Shown here: piece by piece, positions 18,419 through 28,966 of the stretch | How positions within the stretch are numbered: position 1 is the first letter of the stretch | Layout: every line of letters begins with the position of its first letter | From: Pirellulaceae bacterium | Lineage (GTDB): Bacteria; Planctomycetota; Planctomycetia; Pirellulales; Pirellulaceae | Length of the DNA stretch: 64,000 bases | Direction: 5' to 3' | Assembly: GCA_044235425.1 (NCBI GenBank) | Contig: JBIIHW010000009.1 | Location: forward strand, 1-64,000 | Position numbers and translations under genes: made by a program | The notes under the pieces: generated by a model | Database searches by the model: none | Seen by the model: only the letters and a program-made list of their open reading frames with translations | Told to the model about the DNA's origin: nothing

Positions 18419-21400
18419 ATGACGCATTCGACTTCCGACCGGCCCGGTTCCCTTCGCTCGACGTTCTTTTCGCGAACGGCGCTGGGGATCCTGATGGTGG
18501 TGTTCTTCCTGGTGCCGTTTGCCATGCGCGGGGCTCGAGTGTCGGTGCAAAACATGCGCAACGACGTGAAGGACTGGCTACCGGCCGAGTTCCAGGAGAC
18601 GAAGGACATCACTTGGTTCTGGCGTCATTTCCTGGGTGAACGGTTTGTGCTGGCAAGCTGGGATAACTGCACGGCGGACGATGAGTCGTACAAGTTGATG
18701 ATGGCCAAACTGTTGCCCGAAGTGCCGCCGTCGCTGGTGGGAGTGGATTTTGAGGCGATGGCGGAGGAGGCGGCGGCGAAGGTGGCAGCCGCGAGCGGGA
18801 ATGGTGCGGCGGGAGAAGGTGCGGCGGGCGAAGCGGCAGCCCCGAAGTCGGACGATCCGACTGCACTGAAGCTGGAGCGGGGGATGCACAACGTGCATTT
18901 GGAGCGGCCCTATCCGTTTATCGGCGATCGCTTGGGACTCTTCTTCACCGGCCACGATCACTACAACTGGGGTGGGCGGAAGGAAAAGTGGGTACAGGGA
19001 CTAAAAGGTCTGTGGTATTTCCTCACGCCGGAAGGTGAGTTGTATGAGTGGGATGGTGCGAAGGCGCCGATTGCGGCTTGGGCGGGCAAGTTGTGGCGTG
19101 GATTTACCGGTGCTCCGCTGGAGGCGAAGCGAGTGGCCACGTTCACCCCGGAGGATGCGGCTTGGTATTACGAGCGACCGCGGCGTTTGGACGCGCAGCT
19201 GTTCCGTTCGGTGACGACCGGACCGACGGTGCTCGAGGGTCTGACGGCGGAGGGTGGCGTGCTGGAGGGGAACGAGCAGGAGGCTCAGCGACGATTGCAG
19301 GGGAGCTTGTTCGGGAAGGATGGGAAGACGACCGCCTTCGTGCTGAACTTTACGGAAGCGGGACGTTTGGACTTACACCGAGTGATGGGGCGAGGGATGC
19401 TCGGTCGGCCGCGTGGCCGCCTTTATGACTTGGCGGAAGAGTGCGGGGTGTCGATGAGTCAGCTGCATTTGGGCGGTCCGACCGTCGACAATGTGGCGAT
19501 CGATGAGGAGGGGACGATCACGCTGGTGCGTCTGGTATCGCTGTGCGTGGTCCTGGGAATTGGCCTGTCGTATGCCTGTTTTCGGTCGATATCTGCCACG
19601 CTGATGGTGTTTTTTGTCGGTGGCGTAAGTGCGGTCGCGAGTATTGCGCTGGTGGGCTGGACCGGCGCGACACTCGACGCCGTCTTGATGTCGATGCCGT
19701 CGCTGGTCTACGTGCTGGGAATCTCCGGTGCCGTGCACCTGATCAACTATTATCGTGAGGCGGTGGAGGAGAATGGGGTAGCGGGTGCACCAGAGGCGGC
19801 GATCGCCCACGGCTGGAAACCCGCTTTAATGTGCAATCTGACGACGGCGTTCGGTCTGTTCTCGTTGTTTACGAGCGAAATCTTACCGATCAAAAAATTC
19901 GGTCTTTATTCGGGTGTGGCGGTGATGGCCACGCTGACGCTGCTCTTCACCTATTTACCAGCGGCGCTGCAGATCTGGCCGCAGAAACCACGTACGGCGG
20001 CGCAGCGGCACCGCGACGAGAATCCCTGGTACGAAAAGTATCTCAACAATTTCTGGAAGCGATTTGGGGACTTCATCATCGGGCATCACAACCTGGTGGC
20101 GATCAGCTGTGTAATCGTGATTGCCGTCGCGGGCTGGGGCTGCACGAAGATCAACACCTCGGTAAATATGCTCAAAATGTTCGATGATAGCGCCAAGATT
20201 CTGCATGACTATGCCTGGCTGGAGCAGAAGATTGGCAAGCTGGTCCCGATGGAAATTGTGGTGCGGGTGAAACCGGAGCTGCTAATGGCACCGGCCAGTG
20301 AGCGGCAACAGGCGGCGCAGGCCGATGGTTCCATGGAGCGACAGCGAGAAGAGGCCTATCAGCTAACGTTCCTCGATCGCATGGATATTGTGGAACGGGT
20401 GCAGCGAGTGATCGACGAGGAGTTTGGGGATGCGGGTCAGGGGGTCGCGGGCCGGTCGCTATCGGCAGTGACGTTTGCCCCGGTCCTACCAGCGGCGAAA
20501 GGCGATACGTTGTCGTTCGCGCGCCGGGGTGCCACGAATGCTCGCCTGGAATCGCATCGGGCGGAGTTCTTGCGATCGGAATACTTACGACTGGATCGGG
20601 ACGACGAATCGGAGTTATGGCGCTTGAGCCTGCGAATTGGGGCCTTGCAGAACGTTGATTATGGCGAGTTCGTGCATGAGTTGAAGTCGGCTGTGGAGCC
20701 GATATTTCAGGCTCATCACACGCGTGAACAGCTGCTGAAAAAATTGACGGCAGCGCGTGGTGACGAGCCGCTGGGGAAGGCCCGCGTGCTACTGGTCGGC
20801 GCACCTCTGGGAGCGCTGAAAAAGGCGTCGGGAAAAAGTGCCGAGAAAGCGAGCGACAAGGAGTCAGCGGCGAACGAGTTGGCAGCTGCTAAAGAGTCTG
20901 ACAAGGTAGCAGCTCAGGCGGATGTGCGGGAAATCAATCAAACACGGATTTTCTCGCAGACGCTCAAGGACCTGCTCACCGTCGCTCGACTGCAGGTTAC
21001 CTGGCATGATCCCAGTGTGGAGCCAGCGTCGGAGAAGTTTATCGAGAGGGTCGGCGGGTATGACTGTGTGGTGCTGGTGGGTGACCATGCGTCGTATGAT
21101 GTAGCTGCGATCGAGGAGCATGCCAAGCAGCTCATCGATGCTCGTGACCATCAGTTCGTGCAGCAGAAATCAACGACTGCAAGAGAGAACGACCGGAATG
21201 TATCGGCGGTGTATACCGGGGTTGTACCGATTGTCTACAAGGCGCAGCGAACCCTGCTCGATAGCCTCATCGAGAGCACGTTCTGGTCGTTTGTCACCAT
21301 CACTCCGCTGCTGATGTTTATCGCGCGCAGTTTCAGTGCTGGCATGGTCGCCATGCTGCCCAATGTGCTACCAGTATTTGTGATTTTTGGCGCGATGGGC

Positions 21401-21985
21401 TGGATGGGAATTCAGGTCGACATTGGTTCGATGATGACAGCCAGCATTGCGCTTGGGGTGGCGGTGGACGACACGATCCACTATCTGACCTGGTTTCGAG
21501 CGGAGCTGGATAAATCGGGGTCGCGTCATGCGGCAATTTTGGAAGCGTATCGGCGTTGTGCAACGCCGACATTTCAGGCGGCCCTCATTAGCGGTTTGGG
21601 GTTGTCGATCTTTGCCTTCAGCACCTTCACTCCCACACAGCGTTTTGGCTACTTGATGCTCTCCATTTTGATGATGGGCGTAGCTGCGGAGCTGATCTTC
21701 TTTCCCGCTTTACTGGCGGGACCGTTAGGTGGAGTGTTCAAGCCGACCAAGCGTCCGGGCGGGTCTGGCACGCCGCCGACCTCCGACCAGTCGGGGGTGG
21801 CGATGAATAGCGGTAACGAGCCGCTGGCCAGCAGTGGCAGTGCGGGGCCCGTTAAACAGGCCGCTCCGCGTGGCGAGCCGGTACGAAATGAGGCCGGAAG
21901 GCTTGATCCCGGACACGGATCAGCACCCGGCGAATCCCATCTTGGGGTACGTGACGGACAGTTAAAAAGTCGGTCACAGATTTGA
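18419..21985 (+). CDS. MMPL/RND superfamily exporter
   Basis: Two blocks of 6 TM helices separated by large soluble loops. Conserved RND/MMPL TM motifs are present (GISGAVHLINYY; GVAVDDTIHYLTWF). Confidence 0.65.
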   Translation: MTHSTSDRPGSLRSTFFSRTALGILMVVFFLVPFAMRGARVSVQNMRNDVKDWLPAEFQETKDITWFWRHFLGERFVLASWDNCTADDESYKLMMAKLLPEVPPSLVGVDFEAMAEEAAAKVAAASGNGAAGEGAAGEAAAPKSDDPTALKLERGMHNVHLERPYPFIGDRLGLFFTGHDHYNWGGRKEKWVQGLKGLWYFLTPEGELYEWDGAKAPIAAWAGKLWRGFTGAPLEAKRVATFTPEDAAWYYERPRRLDAQLFRSVTTGPTVLEGLTAEGGVLEGNEQEAQRRLQGSLFGKDGKTTAFVLNFTEAGRLDLHRVMGRGMLGRPRGRLYDLAEECGVSMSQLHLGGPTVDNVAIDEEGTITLVRLVSLCVVLGIGLSYACFRSISATLMVFFVGGVSAVASIALVGWTGATLDAVLMSMPSLVYVLGISGAVHLINYYREAVEENGVAGAPEAAIAHGWKPALMCNLTTAFGLFSLFTSEILPIKKFGLYSGVAVMATLTLLFTYLPAALQIWPQKPRTAAQRHRDENPWYEKYLNNFWKRFGDFIIGHHNLVAISCVIVIAVAGWGCTKINTSVNMLKMFDDSAKILHDYAWLEQKIGKLVPMEIVVRVKPELLMAPASERQQAAQADGSMERQREEAYQLTFLDRMDIVERVQRVIDEEFGDAGQGVAGRSLSAVTFAPVLPAAKGDTLSFARRGATNARLESHRAEFLRSEYLRLDRDDESELWRLSLRIGALQNVDYGEFVHELKSAVEPIFQAHHTREQLLKKLTAARGDEPLGKARVLLVGAPLGALKKASGKSAEKASDKESAANELAAAKESDKVAAQADVREINQTRIFSQTLKDLLTVARLQVTWHDPSVEPASEKFIERVGGYDCVVLVGDHASYDVAAIEEHAKQLIDARDHQFVQQKSTTARENDRNVSAVYTGVVPIVYKAQRTLLDSLIESTFWSFVTITPLLMFIARSFSAGMVAMLPNVLPVFVIFGAMGWMGIQVDIGSMMTASIALGVAVDDTIHYLTWFRAELDKSGSRHAAILEAYRRCATPTFQAALISGLGLSIFAFSTFTPTQRFGYLMLSILMMGVAAELIFFPALLAGPLGGVFKPTKRPGGSGTPPTSDQSGVAMNSGNEPLASSGSAGPVKQAAPRGEPVRNEAGRLDPGHGSAPGESHLGVRDGQLKSRSQI

Positions 21986-22144
21986 ATTCCGCTGCTTAGT
22001 TCGGTAGCTTGGAAACTTCCCGGTACGATGAGCCGTTTTCAGCTTGGGGAACCGAACAGAAACTGTTTGGTCTCTGGCTGCCCGGTTGTCGTGGGCGGGC
22101 GCGTCTGAATGAAAGTCGTCTCGATTCTGGAGGAGTGTGTATTC

Positions 22145-23470
22145 ATGGCTCGTAATGCGGATCGTCGTCAATTCTTAGGAACCAGCGCGGTGATTGGCGC
22201 TGGCTATTTCGTAGCATCGGGGCTACAGGCTCAGGAGAGCAAGTCGCCGAATGAGAAGATCAACTTTGCCTGTATTGGCATTGGTGGCAAGGGTCAAAGC
22301 GATTCCCAGGATGCCGCGGACAGCGGCAACATCGTGGCGGTCTGCGATGTGGATGAAAGCACGCTCGGCCGTGGTGCTCAGCGCAAGGGCTTTGAACAGG
22401 CCAAGCAGTATCATGATTTCCGCAAGATGTTCGATGAAATGGGCAAGAGCATTGATGCGGTGACGGTGAGCACGCCGGATCATACGCATGCGGTGGCGGC
22501 GGCGATGGCGATGAATTTGGGGAAGCACTGCTTCTGCCAAAAGCCCCTCACTCGGTCCTTGTTTGAAGCCCGCGTGCTGGGAAAGCTGGCCAAGACCAAG
22601 AAGGTGGCCACCCAGATGGGCAACCAGGGGACAGCGAACGTTGATTTGCGCAAAGGGGCCGCAATTCTACAGTCGGGGGTCCTGGGCAAGATCACGGAAG
22701 TGCACGTCTGGACGAATCGTCCCGTATGGCCTCAAGGGCTGGCCCGTCCCACCGAAACGGTGGCTGTGCCCAACACCTTGCACTGGAACGAATGGCTCGG
22801 CCCCGCTCCTGAACGTCCCTATCATCCCGCTTATCACCCATTCAAGTGGCGTGGCTGGTGGGATTTCGGCACCGGCGCCTTGGGAGACATGGCCTGCCAC
22901 ACACTCAACATGCCCTTTATGGGGTTGATGCTGCGCGATCCCACGTCGGTCGTGGCAGAGACTTCTGGGCACAACAAGGAGACCTATCCGAGCTGGTCGA
23001 TCATCACGATGGAATTCCCCGGCAATGAGAAGCGGGGGGCCTTGAAGTTCGTTTGGTATGATGGTGGCAAGCGGCCCGCGGCCGAACTGCTCAAGGGGGC
23101 CAAGATGGAGAGCAGCGGTGCCCTCATCATCGGCGACAAGGATTCGCTCTACGCCCCCGGAGACTATGCCGGTAACGGCCTGTTCCTCGTCGGTGGCTCG
23201 AAGGTCCCCGATGTGGATTTCAAGAAGTCTCCAGGCCATTTCAAGGAATGGGTGAATGCGATGCGTGGTGGTGAGGCGGCGATGAGCAACTTCCCTGACT
23301 ATGCCGTGCCGCTCACCGAAACCGTTCTGCTCGGCAATCTCGCCGTATGGGCCTCGGGCAAGAAAATCGAATGGGATGCCAAGAATCTGGTGGCGACCAA
23401 CGCCCCGGAAGTCGCCCACATTATCAAGCCTGAGTACCGCAAGGGCTACTCACTGGGCGACGTTGCCTAG
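22145..23470 (+). CDS. Gfo/Idh/MocA family oxidoreductase, Tat-secreted
   Basis: Tat motif RRQFLGTSAVIGAGYF, a Rossmann motif FACIGIGGKG and a Gfo/Idh/MocA C-terminal domain. It is a paralog of the gene at 6219-7448. Confidence 0.7.
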   Translation: MARNADRRQFLGTSAVIGAGYFVASGLQAQESKSPNEKINFACIGIGGKGQSDSQDAADSGNIVAVCDVDESTLGRGAQRKGFEQAKQYHDFRKMFDEMGKSIDAVTVSTPDHTHAVAAAMAMNLGKHCFCQKPLTRSLFEARVLGKLAKTKKVATQMGNQGTANVDLRKGAAILQSGVLGKITEVHVWTNRPVWPQGLARPTETVAVPNTLHWNEWLGPAPERPYHPAYHPFKWRGWWDFGTGALGDMACHTLNMPFMGLMLRDPTSVVAETSGHNKETYPSWSIITMEFPGNEKRGALKFVWYDGGKRPAAELLKGAKMESSGALIIGDKDSLYAPGDYAGNGLFLVGGSKVPDVDFKKSPGHFKEWVNAMRGGEAAMSNFPDYAVPLTETVLLGNLAVWASGKKIEWDAKNLVATNAPEVAHIIKPEYRKGYSLGDVA

Positions 23471-23523
23471 TGGTACACGAAGCCTACGAGCTCGCGGGGC
23501 CGAGGCCCCGCAGCTAAACGGAA

Positions 23524-23553
23524 AGAGCGACGCTCAGGCGTCGCTCTTTTTTT
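23524..23553 (+). terminator. rho-independent terminator
   Basis: A perfect 10-bp GC-rich stem (agagcgacgc tcag gcgtcgctct) is followed by TTTTTTT. Confidence 0.7.
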
Positions 23554-23661
23554 GTTCCTGGCCGAGTGATTGATGCAGGGCCGAAACGAACACAGCGAAC
23601 CACCGAAATGGTTCGCTGTGCTTCCTATTTTGATTCCCTAGCTCTCTTCCAGCAGCATTGA

Positions 23662-26600
23662 CTACACGACCGTCGTCACGCGGAATCGTTTATTGGCTGT
23701 ATCATTGGTGAGCGTGTACTTGGCCGCACTGGGAGCAGCCTGACCAGGGAAGGTCCCCAAGTTGGGAGCATTGGCACTGGAGTAGGTGTAGGTTCCCTCG
23801 GTCGTCAGTACATCGAACGGTCCTGCATTTTGCGTCGTCCCATACGCCAGCAGATTCAGACGCGATGAACCCGATAAGGTGAGGTTTCCCGCTCCAGTCT
23901 GCACGAAGCGGCCTGCGTTAGAGGTCGGTGATGAGGCCACAAACACGACCTGCAACAGGGCATTTCCTGAGAACGTGACATCCCCACCGCCACTCACGAC
24001 ATATCTGGACGCTCGAACCGAGGCCGCGAACGCAGCCGTGGATGAGTTGTTGAGTGTCAACTGGCCCTGACGGTTGGAAGAATCGACCAGCACGAGGAAG
24101 CCATTCACGTTCAGGGCTCCACTCGTTATGGAGAGACCACCGCCGTACGTACGCATGATATTCCCTGTGATTGCAGCACCGGACTTTAAGGTCACAGTAT
24201 TGGAACCGGCATTGATCGATGATGACGACTGAGTTCCACGAATGTTCGCCCAGACCAAATCGCCGATCGCCACATTACCTCCAGCGTTCAGCGTAAATCC
24301 GCCGCCCGTGAATCCCATCGTGGCGCTCCCTCCCATCGTCGTGCTGACAGTGGTAGGAGCTTGAGTCGTGAACGTGGTGCCGGCGGTCAAGCTACCCGTT
24401 CGTGCTCCTACGGGACCATTGATCAGGATCGTCGTTCCAAAATTCATCGTCAGACTTCCGACCGTCGAGGTGGCCGTAGTGCTCGAGATATCCGCGGTGT
24501 TCGTGGTTCCGCGAATCCATTTCCCAGCCGAGTTCGTGCGATAGGATCCACCAGTCAGCGAGATGTTCCCACCGTTGGTGTAAATATGAGCACTGGGAGC
24601 GAGTTCGCCGTTGACGGCGTTGATCGACAATGTATGAGTGCTGAGTGCGGAGGTACTGGTGAACACGTCGCCTTGCAGGCTGATATTTCCGTCGGATGTC
24701 AAACTGACATTGCCATAATCAGCCTCAATCATCGTGCCACTACCTTGAGTCGTAATGGTGGAGCCGGCTGTTATGGTGACGGCGCCACCCTGAACGGCGG
24801 CCGCCAGATTCACGGTAGAGCTAGCGTCGATTGTCAGTGTACCGCTCGACGAGACCGTTGTCCCATTCGTGGCATTGATCGTAGCCCCCGTCTGCGAACT
24901 GATAGCCGCTCCCGTTAGCGAAATGTTTCCACCAGTTGAGGAGAGCGTGCTGGTGACCGAGATGTTGCTGAATCCGTCGGTTAAGTTACCAGCATCTACC
25001 GTAATAGCGGCGGGACCACCGGCATTCGCTGCGGTTACTTGTCCGAGCGTGGCTGAACCAGTGCTCGTGATCTCAACAGCGCCCTGCGTAGTGGTGATAG
25101 CGCCCGTGCCGGTGAAGGTTCCCGTGGTTGTGATGGTGACGCTACCAGCCGTCAAGGTGCCTGTATTCACATTGCCCGTGTGATTCATCAGCAGCGGTGC
25201 GGACGACGTGTTAATCGTTCCAGCCGATCCACTAAATCCAACGCCCGAAGTGGAAATCTGGCCACCATCGGTCGACCAACTACCCATTTGATTGAGTGAC
25301 TGACCACCGGAGCTGATGGTGATGATCGCGGCGCCGCCATTCGACGCAGACAAATCGTTAATAGTGGCCGAGCCACTGCTGGTGATGCTGATATCACCGG
25401 CGGTGGTCGAAAGGGCGCCCTGGAGCGTGAAGGCGTTTGCTCCCGTCACCGCAAAGGACTTCGCCTGCCCACCTCCAACGCTCACATCCCCCGTTTGTCC
25501 AATCGAAACCGCACCAGTCCCCGTCCCACCCGTGGTGTCCAGAGAGTTCACGGCGAGGTTTGAGCTGTAGGTGCCGGATCCCGTCGTGGTGTAATCGCCG
25601 CCGGTCGTCGTGATCTTAGCTTGCTGCGAAATGGACTCGCTATTGATCGTCAGGTTAGCTCCGTCGGTTTGCAGCCCCTGACTATTATAATCGCCGATGG
25701 TGATAGTATCGTTGCCTATACCACCATTCACTGTAATGCTGCCGCTAGGTCGAGTGAAATTCACGGTTTCGATCGTCGCACCGCTGACGGTGGTCTGAGT
25801 GGCGCTGCTGTTGGCCACCGTTACCGCATCATCGCCACTGGTCAGGTTCAGCGTGGCACTGACAATCGGCATGGTGGTCGTGATCGGCTCTAAGCCCGCG
25901 AAGCTCACCGTGGAACTGTTCGGACCGGTCGTTTCGACACCGCTGGTTCCAACCACACCGAGATTGATGGTGCCAGAACTGGAATTGGTGGCATTGACCA
26001 CAAACGTGTCGAACGAATAGGTGCCATTCGTGGCTCCGTTGCTATCGACCAGAAACAGCGTGTCGGTACCGGTCCCCCCTAAGCCATCGTAGGACGCCGG
26101 AATAGCGACCGGGGTTTCCGCGATGCTGTTGAAGAGCGGGTCACCGTTGGCGTAGTCAATGGTAAGTGAGTCGGTCGAGTCGGCCAAGCCTGAAATGCTG
26201 ATGCTGGTGACGAGTCCAAGCGGCACCAAGTCGGCACCGGTGTTGATCACGTCTCCATTGCCATCCTTCAGCAGGATGTTCGGACCAAACGGAGTTGAAT
26301 TGGTGTCGAGCATCAGGGTGCAGGCCCCCGCACACGAGAAGATCATCGGCTGGTAAACATAGGCAGCCAGATCAAGGAACTGATTTGAAGTCTGATTCGT
26401 GAGGCTCGCGAGCAGCACGATCGACTCACCCTGTGCATCAACTGACGATACGGTGAGCTGATAGCCATTGTTCGTAATGGAATTCAATGGCCCCTTGACC
26501 AACTGGAAGACTTGATTGTTTTCGACGTCGGCGGTGACGGCATTGACATCGATCGTGGAACCATTGGCAAACACCGTCGGCCCGTTCGTTGTCATCGCTG

Positions 26601-28725
26601 GCGAGGGATTGGCAAGGTTGACCGACCAGATGCTCGTCGCACCAAAGGTAGTCGTCACGTTCTGTTGCACGTTGAAAGAGGTCGCGGAAAGCTTGCCGTT
26701 GATCGTGATCGCGCCGGATTGGTTCAGGTCCAACGCACCGACCGTCATCAGGGCATTAGCTGCTAAACTGAATGTGGTGCCACTCGTCGTAAACGAATTC
26801 GCGTTCGAACTGGTGGTACCTAGGGCGATGGCGCCCGTAACGTCAATCGAAACGTTTCCGGTCCCCGCTCGCACTCCTAGCGCACTGAAGGAGCTCCCTG
26901 TTGCAGAGATCTCTTGATTGGCCGTCTGAACATAAGAACTCACATCCACTGAGCCACCTGCCAGGGTGACCGTGCCAGTGCCACTGGTCCGCAAAAAGCC
27001 ACCGATGGTAATGGCGCTAGGGGCGGTAATGGAAATATTGTTGTTCTGCCCATCCACACTTCCTGTGATCGACAAGCTGGTGGCGGAATTCACAACGAAT
27101 CCGCCCGTAAACAAGCCGCTGTTAATGGTAATGCCACCCTGCGTGGAGCTGAGGGTGACCGTGCCACGGTTGGAAGCACCACCCGAGGCGATCGTACCAT
27201 GACCGGCGGGACTGGTGATCGAAGCGCCGGTCACCGCCACAGTTCCCCCGTCATTTTCGATGCGACGATAGGTAACGGTACCAGCACTGGTCAGACTGAT
27301 GTCACCTTTGGCTGGCGACGCATTAGTGGCTTTTACGGTCGCGAGGGTCAACGCGGCGGTGGAGTTCACCGTTACCGTGCCCTTCATCGCCGTCAGGTTC
27401 CCGGAAACGATGGAAATCGAATTGGCATCCAAGGAGATCGCACCAGCCGTAATCGTGGTCGCCACCGAGATACTACCACCCGCTCCAGCCCCACCCGTGA
27501 GCGTCACCGCTCCCCCGACCGATCCGGTCCAGGTGGTGATCCCCCCCGTAGAAATCTGAATCTGCGGCGCATTGATCGTAACCGCAGCCCCTGTGGTCAC
27601 GATATTCGGCAAGGTCACGGAACCAGCCGACGACGTGATTCCCATGGTACCGGTGTTCGCAGCTTGCCAACCCGTCGAAGAGCTGACATTACCAACGGCG
27701 CTCACGGTCAAATTGCCCACATAGGTACGAATACCAGCGGAGCTTAGTGTATGGGTTGTGGCGCTGAACGTACCTGCGGCGGCGTAAGAAGCTAGATTGA
27801 TGCTGTTGGCTGACGAGGTCGTGGGCGTCGTCAGGGTGATGGCGCCAAAGGGAGCCGTCAAACTTGACGATACAGCTCGGAGCGACGCCGATGTCGACGT
27901 CGTATTGATCCGCGAGCCCTCGATGGCGATATTACCACCATCTGTCAGTCCGCTGGCAATCGTCACCAAACCGCTCGCCAAGATCGACAAATTCCCTACG
28001 TTACTGCTGGGCCGCGACGCACTCACCGCACCCGCGGTGACGGCGCCAGCGGAGCGAATCGTGATGTCGCCGGCGGTTGAAGTCAGGTTCGCCAGCGTGA
28101 CACTAGAAGCTCCCTGGGACGCATTACCGATGTTCACAGAGCCAGCCGTAAGCGGCCCAGTGGAACTAATCGTGCCGGTCTGATCCAGCGTCAAAACACC
28201 GGTACCGTTGAGCGTGAATGAATTGGTCGCACCGCGGCTAAAACTGACACCTGTCGCGGTAAAATTACCGCCGTTGACCGCCAGAGCTGTGCTAGCCGTG
28301 ACCGTTTCCGCGGTGATCTGAATGCTCCGCCCTTGAGTGATGCCGCTGAATGTGAAACCAGTCGTGCCCGAAGGCCCGAGCGTCACGGAATCAGTACCTC
28401 CCTGGCCGTTCACAATCAAACCTGTCAGCGAAGCTACCGTGGCCGACTGCACACCGGGAGCGGTTGAGAGGTCAATTGCACTTTCAACACCACCACCGAG
28501 CGGCAAGTTGTGGGCCAGATTTCCGCCTGACCCGAGCGAGATCACAAGCGAATCGTTATTGCTATCGCCAATAAACTCGGCGACTCCACTAGTCAGACTC
28601 ACCCCCCAGGCCATTAAGTCTCTTTTCTCGAGGCCTTCGAAACGCAACTTGCCCTGCAACTTACTCCGCGACAGACGTTGCTTCCGAGCCGCAATCCGAC
28701 CACGATCCTGGGAAAACCGAAACAT
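23662..28725 (-). CDS. giant Thr/Ser/Gly-rich beta-helix-like surface protein (adhesin/autotransporter-associated beta-strand-repeat-like), paralog A
   Basis: 1687 aa with an extreme T/S/G/A/N composition. Repeated 'GxxTLxxxGxxTxTGxxTV'-like strands are present. The N-terminal motif is KLRFEGLEKRDLMA. A conserved central module is present (SCAGACTLML ... DSLTIDYANGDPL ... YDGLGGTGTDTLFLVDSNGATNGTYSFDTF). Confidence 0.7.
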   Translation of the reverse strand: MFRFSQDRGRIAARKQRLSRSKLQGKLRFEGLEKRDLMAWGVSLTSGVAEFIGDSNNDSLVISLGSGGNLAHNLPLGGGVESAIDLSTAPGVQSATVASLTGLIVNGQGGTDSVTLGPSGTTGFTFSGITQGRSIQITAETVTASTALAVNGGNFTATGVSFSRGATNSFTLNGTGVLTLDQTGTISSTGPLTAGSVNIGNASQGASSVTLANLTSTAGDITIRSAGAVTAGAVSASRPSSNVGNLSILASGLVTIASGLTDGGNIAIEGSRINTTSTSASLRAVSSSLTAPFGAITLTTPTTSSANSINLASYAAAGTFSATTHTLSSAGIRTYVGNLTVSAVGNVSSSTGWQAANTGTMGITSSAGSVTLPNIVTTGAAVTINAPQIQISTGGITTWTGSVGGAVTLTGGAGAGGSISVATTITAGAISLDANSISIVSGNLTAMKGTVTVNSTAALTLATVKATNASPAKGDISLTSAGTVTYRRIENDGGTVAVTGASITSPAGHGTIASGGASNRGTVTLSSTQGGITINSGLFTGGFVVNSATSLSITGSVDGQNNNISITAPSAITIGGFLRTSGTGTVTLAGGSVDVSSYVQTANQEISATGSSFSALGVRAGTGNVSIDVTGAIALGTTSSNANSFTTSGTTFSLAANALMTVGALDLNQSGAITINGKLSATSFNVQQNVTTTFGATSIWSVNLANPSPAMTTNGPTVFANGSTIDVNAVTADVENNQVFQLVKGPLNSITNNGYQLTVSSVDAQGESIVLLASLTNQTSNQFLDLAAYVYQPMIFSCAGACTLMLDTNSTPFGPNILLKDGNGDVINTGADLVPLGLVTSISISGLADSTDSLTIDYANGDPLFNSIAETPVAIPASYDGLGGTGTDTLFLVDSNGATNGTYSFDTFVVNATNSSSGTINLGVVGTSGVETTGPNSSTVSFAGLEPITTTMPIVSATLNLTSGDDAVTVANSSATQTTVSGATIETVNFTRPSGSITVNGGIGNDTITIGDYNSQGLQTDGANLTINSESISQQAKITTTGGDYTTTGSGTYSSNLAVNSLDTTGGTGTGAVSIGQTGDVSVGGGQAKSFAVTGANAFTLQGALSTTAGDISITSSGSATINDLSASNGGAAIITISSGGQSLNQMGSWSTDGGQISTSGVGFSGSAGTINTSSAPLLMNHTGNVNTGTLTAGSVTITTTGTFTGTGAITTTQGAVEITSTGSATLGQVTAANAGGPAAITVDAGNLTDGFSNISVTSTLSSTGGNISLTGAAISSQTGATINATNGTTVSSSGTLTIDASSTVNLAAAVQGGAVTITAGSTITTQGSGTMIEADYGNVSLTSDGNISLQGDVFTSTSALSTHTLSINAVNGELAPSAHIYTNGGNISLTGGSYRTNSAGKWIRGTTNTADISSTTATSTVGSLTMNFGTTILINGPVGARTGSLTAGTTFTTQAPTTVSTTMGGSATMGFTGGGFTLNAGGNVAIGDLVWANIRGTQSSSSINAGSNTVTLKSGAAITGNIMRTYGGGLSITSGALNVNGFLVLVDSSNRQGQLTLNNSSTAAFAASVRASRYVVSGGGDVTFSGNALLQVVFVASSPTSNAGRFVQTGAGNLTLSGSSRLNLLAYGTTQNAGPFDVLTTEGTYTYSSANAPNLGTFPGQAAPSAAKYTLTNDTANKRFRVTTVV

Positions 28726-28885
28726 TCGTAACTCCTAAAAAGCACACTCTAAAAACCTGAAACAGGTCACCCGATCCGCCACCACGGCCGAGCAACGACG
28801 CGAGGAACTTAGAAATAGTTCCCTCAGCTAGCATTTGGAACGCGAGTTCAGACGATAATTTATCTCATCGATTCCAAAAAAAAAT

Positions 28886-28926
28886 TTCGACGGCCGGCAT
28901 ATCCGACCGTCGAAATTGTAGGCTCA
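28886..28926 (-). terminator. rho-independent terminator (minus strand) downstream of giant paralog B
   Basis: On the minus strand the hairpin tttcgacgg-N13-ccgtcgaaa is followed by a T9 run (A-run 28886-28894 on plus). Confidence 0.5.
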
Positions 28927-28966
28927 TTCGACACGCGATTCCCAAGCTCGCGAATGGCATCTCCCA

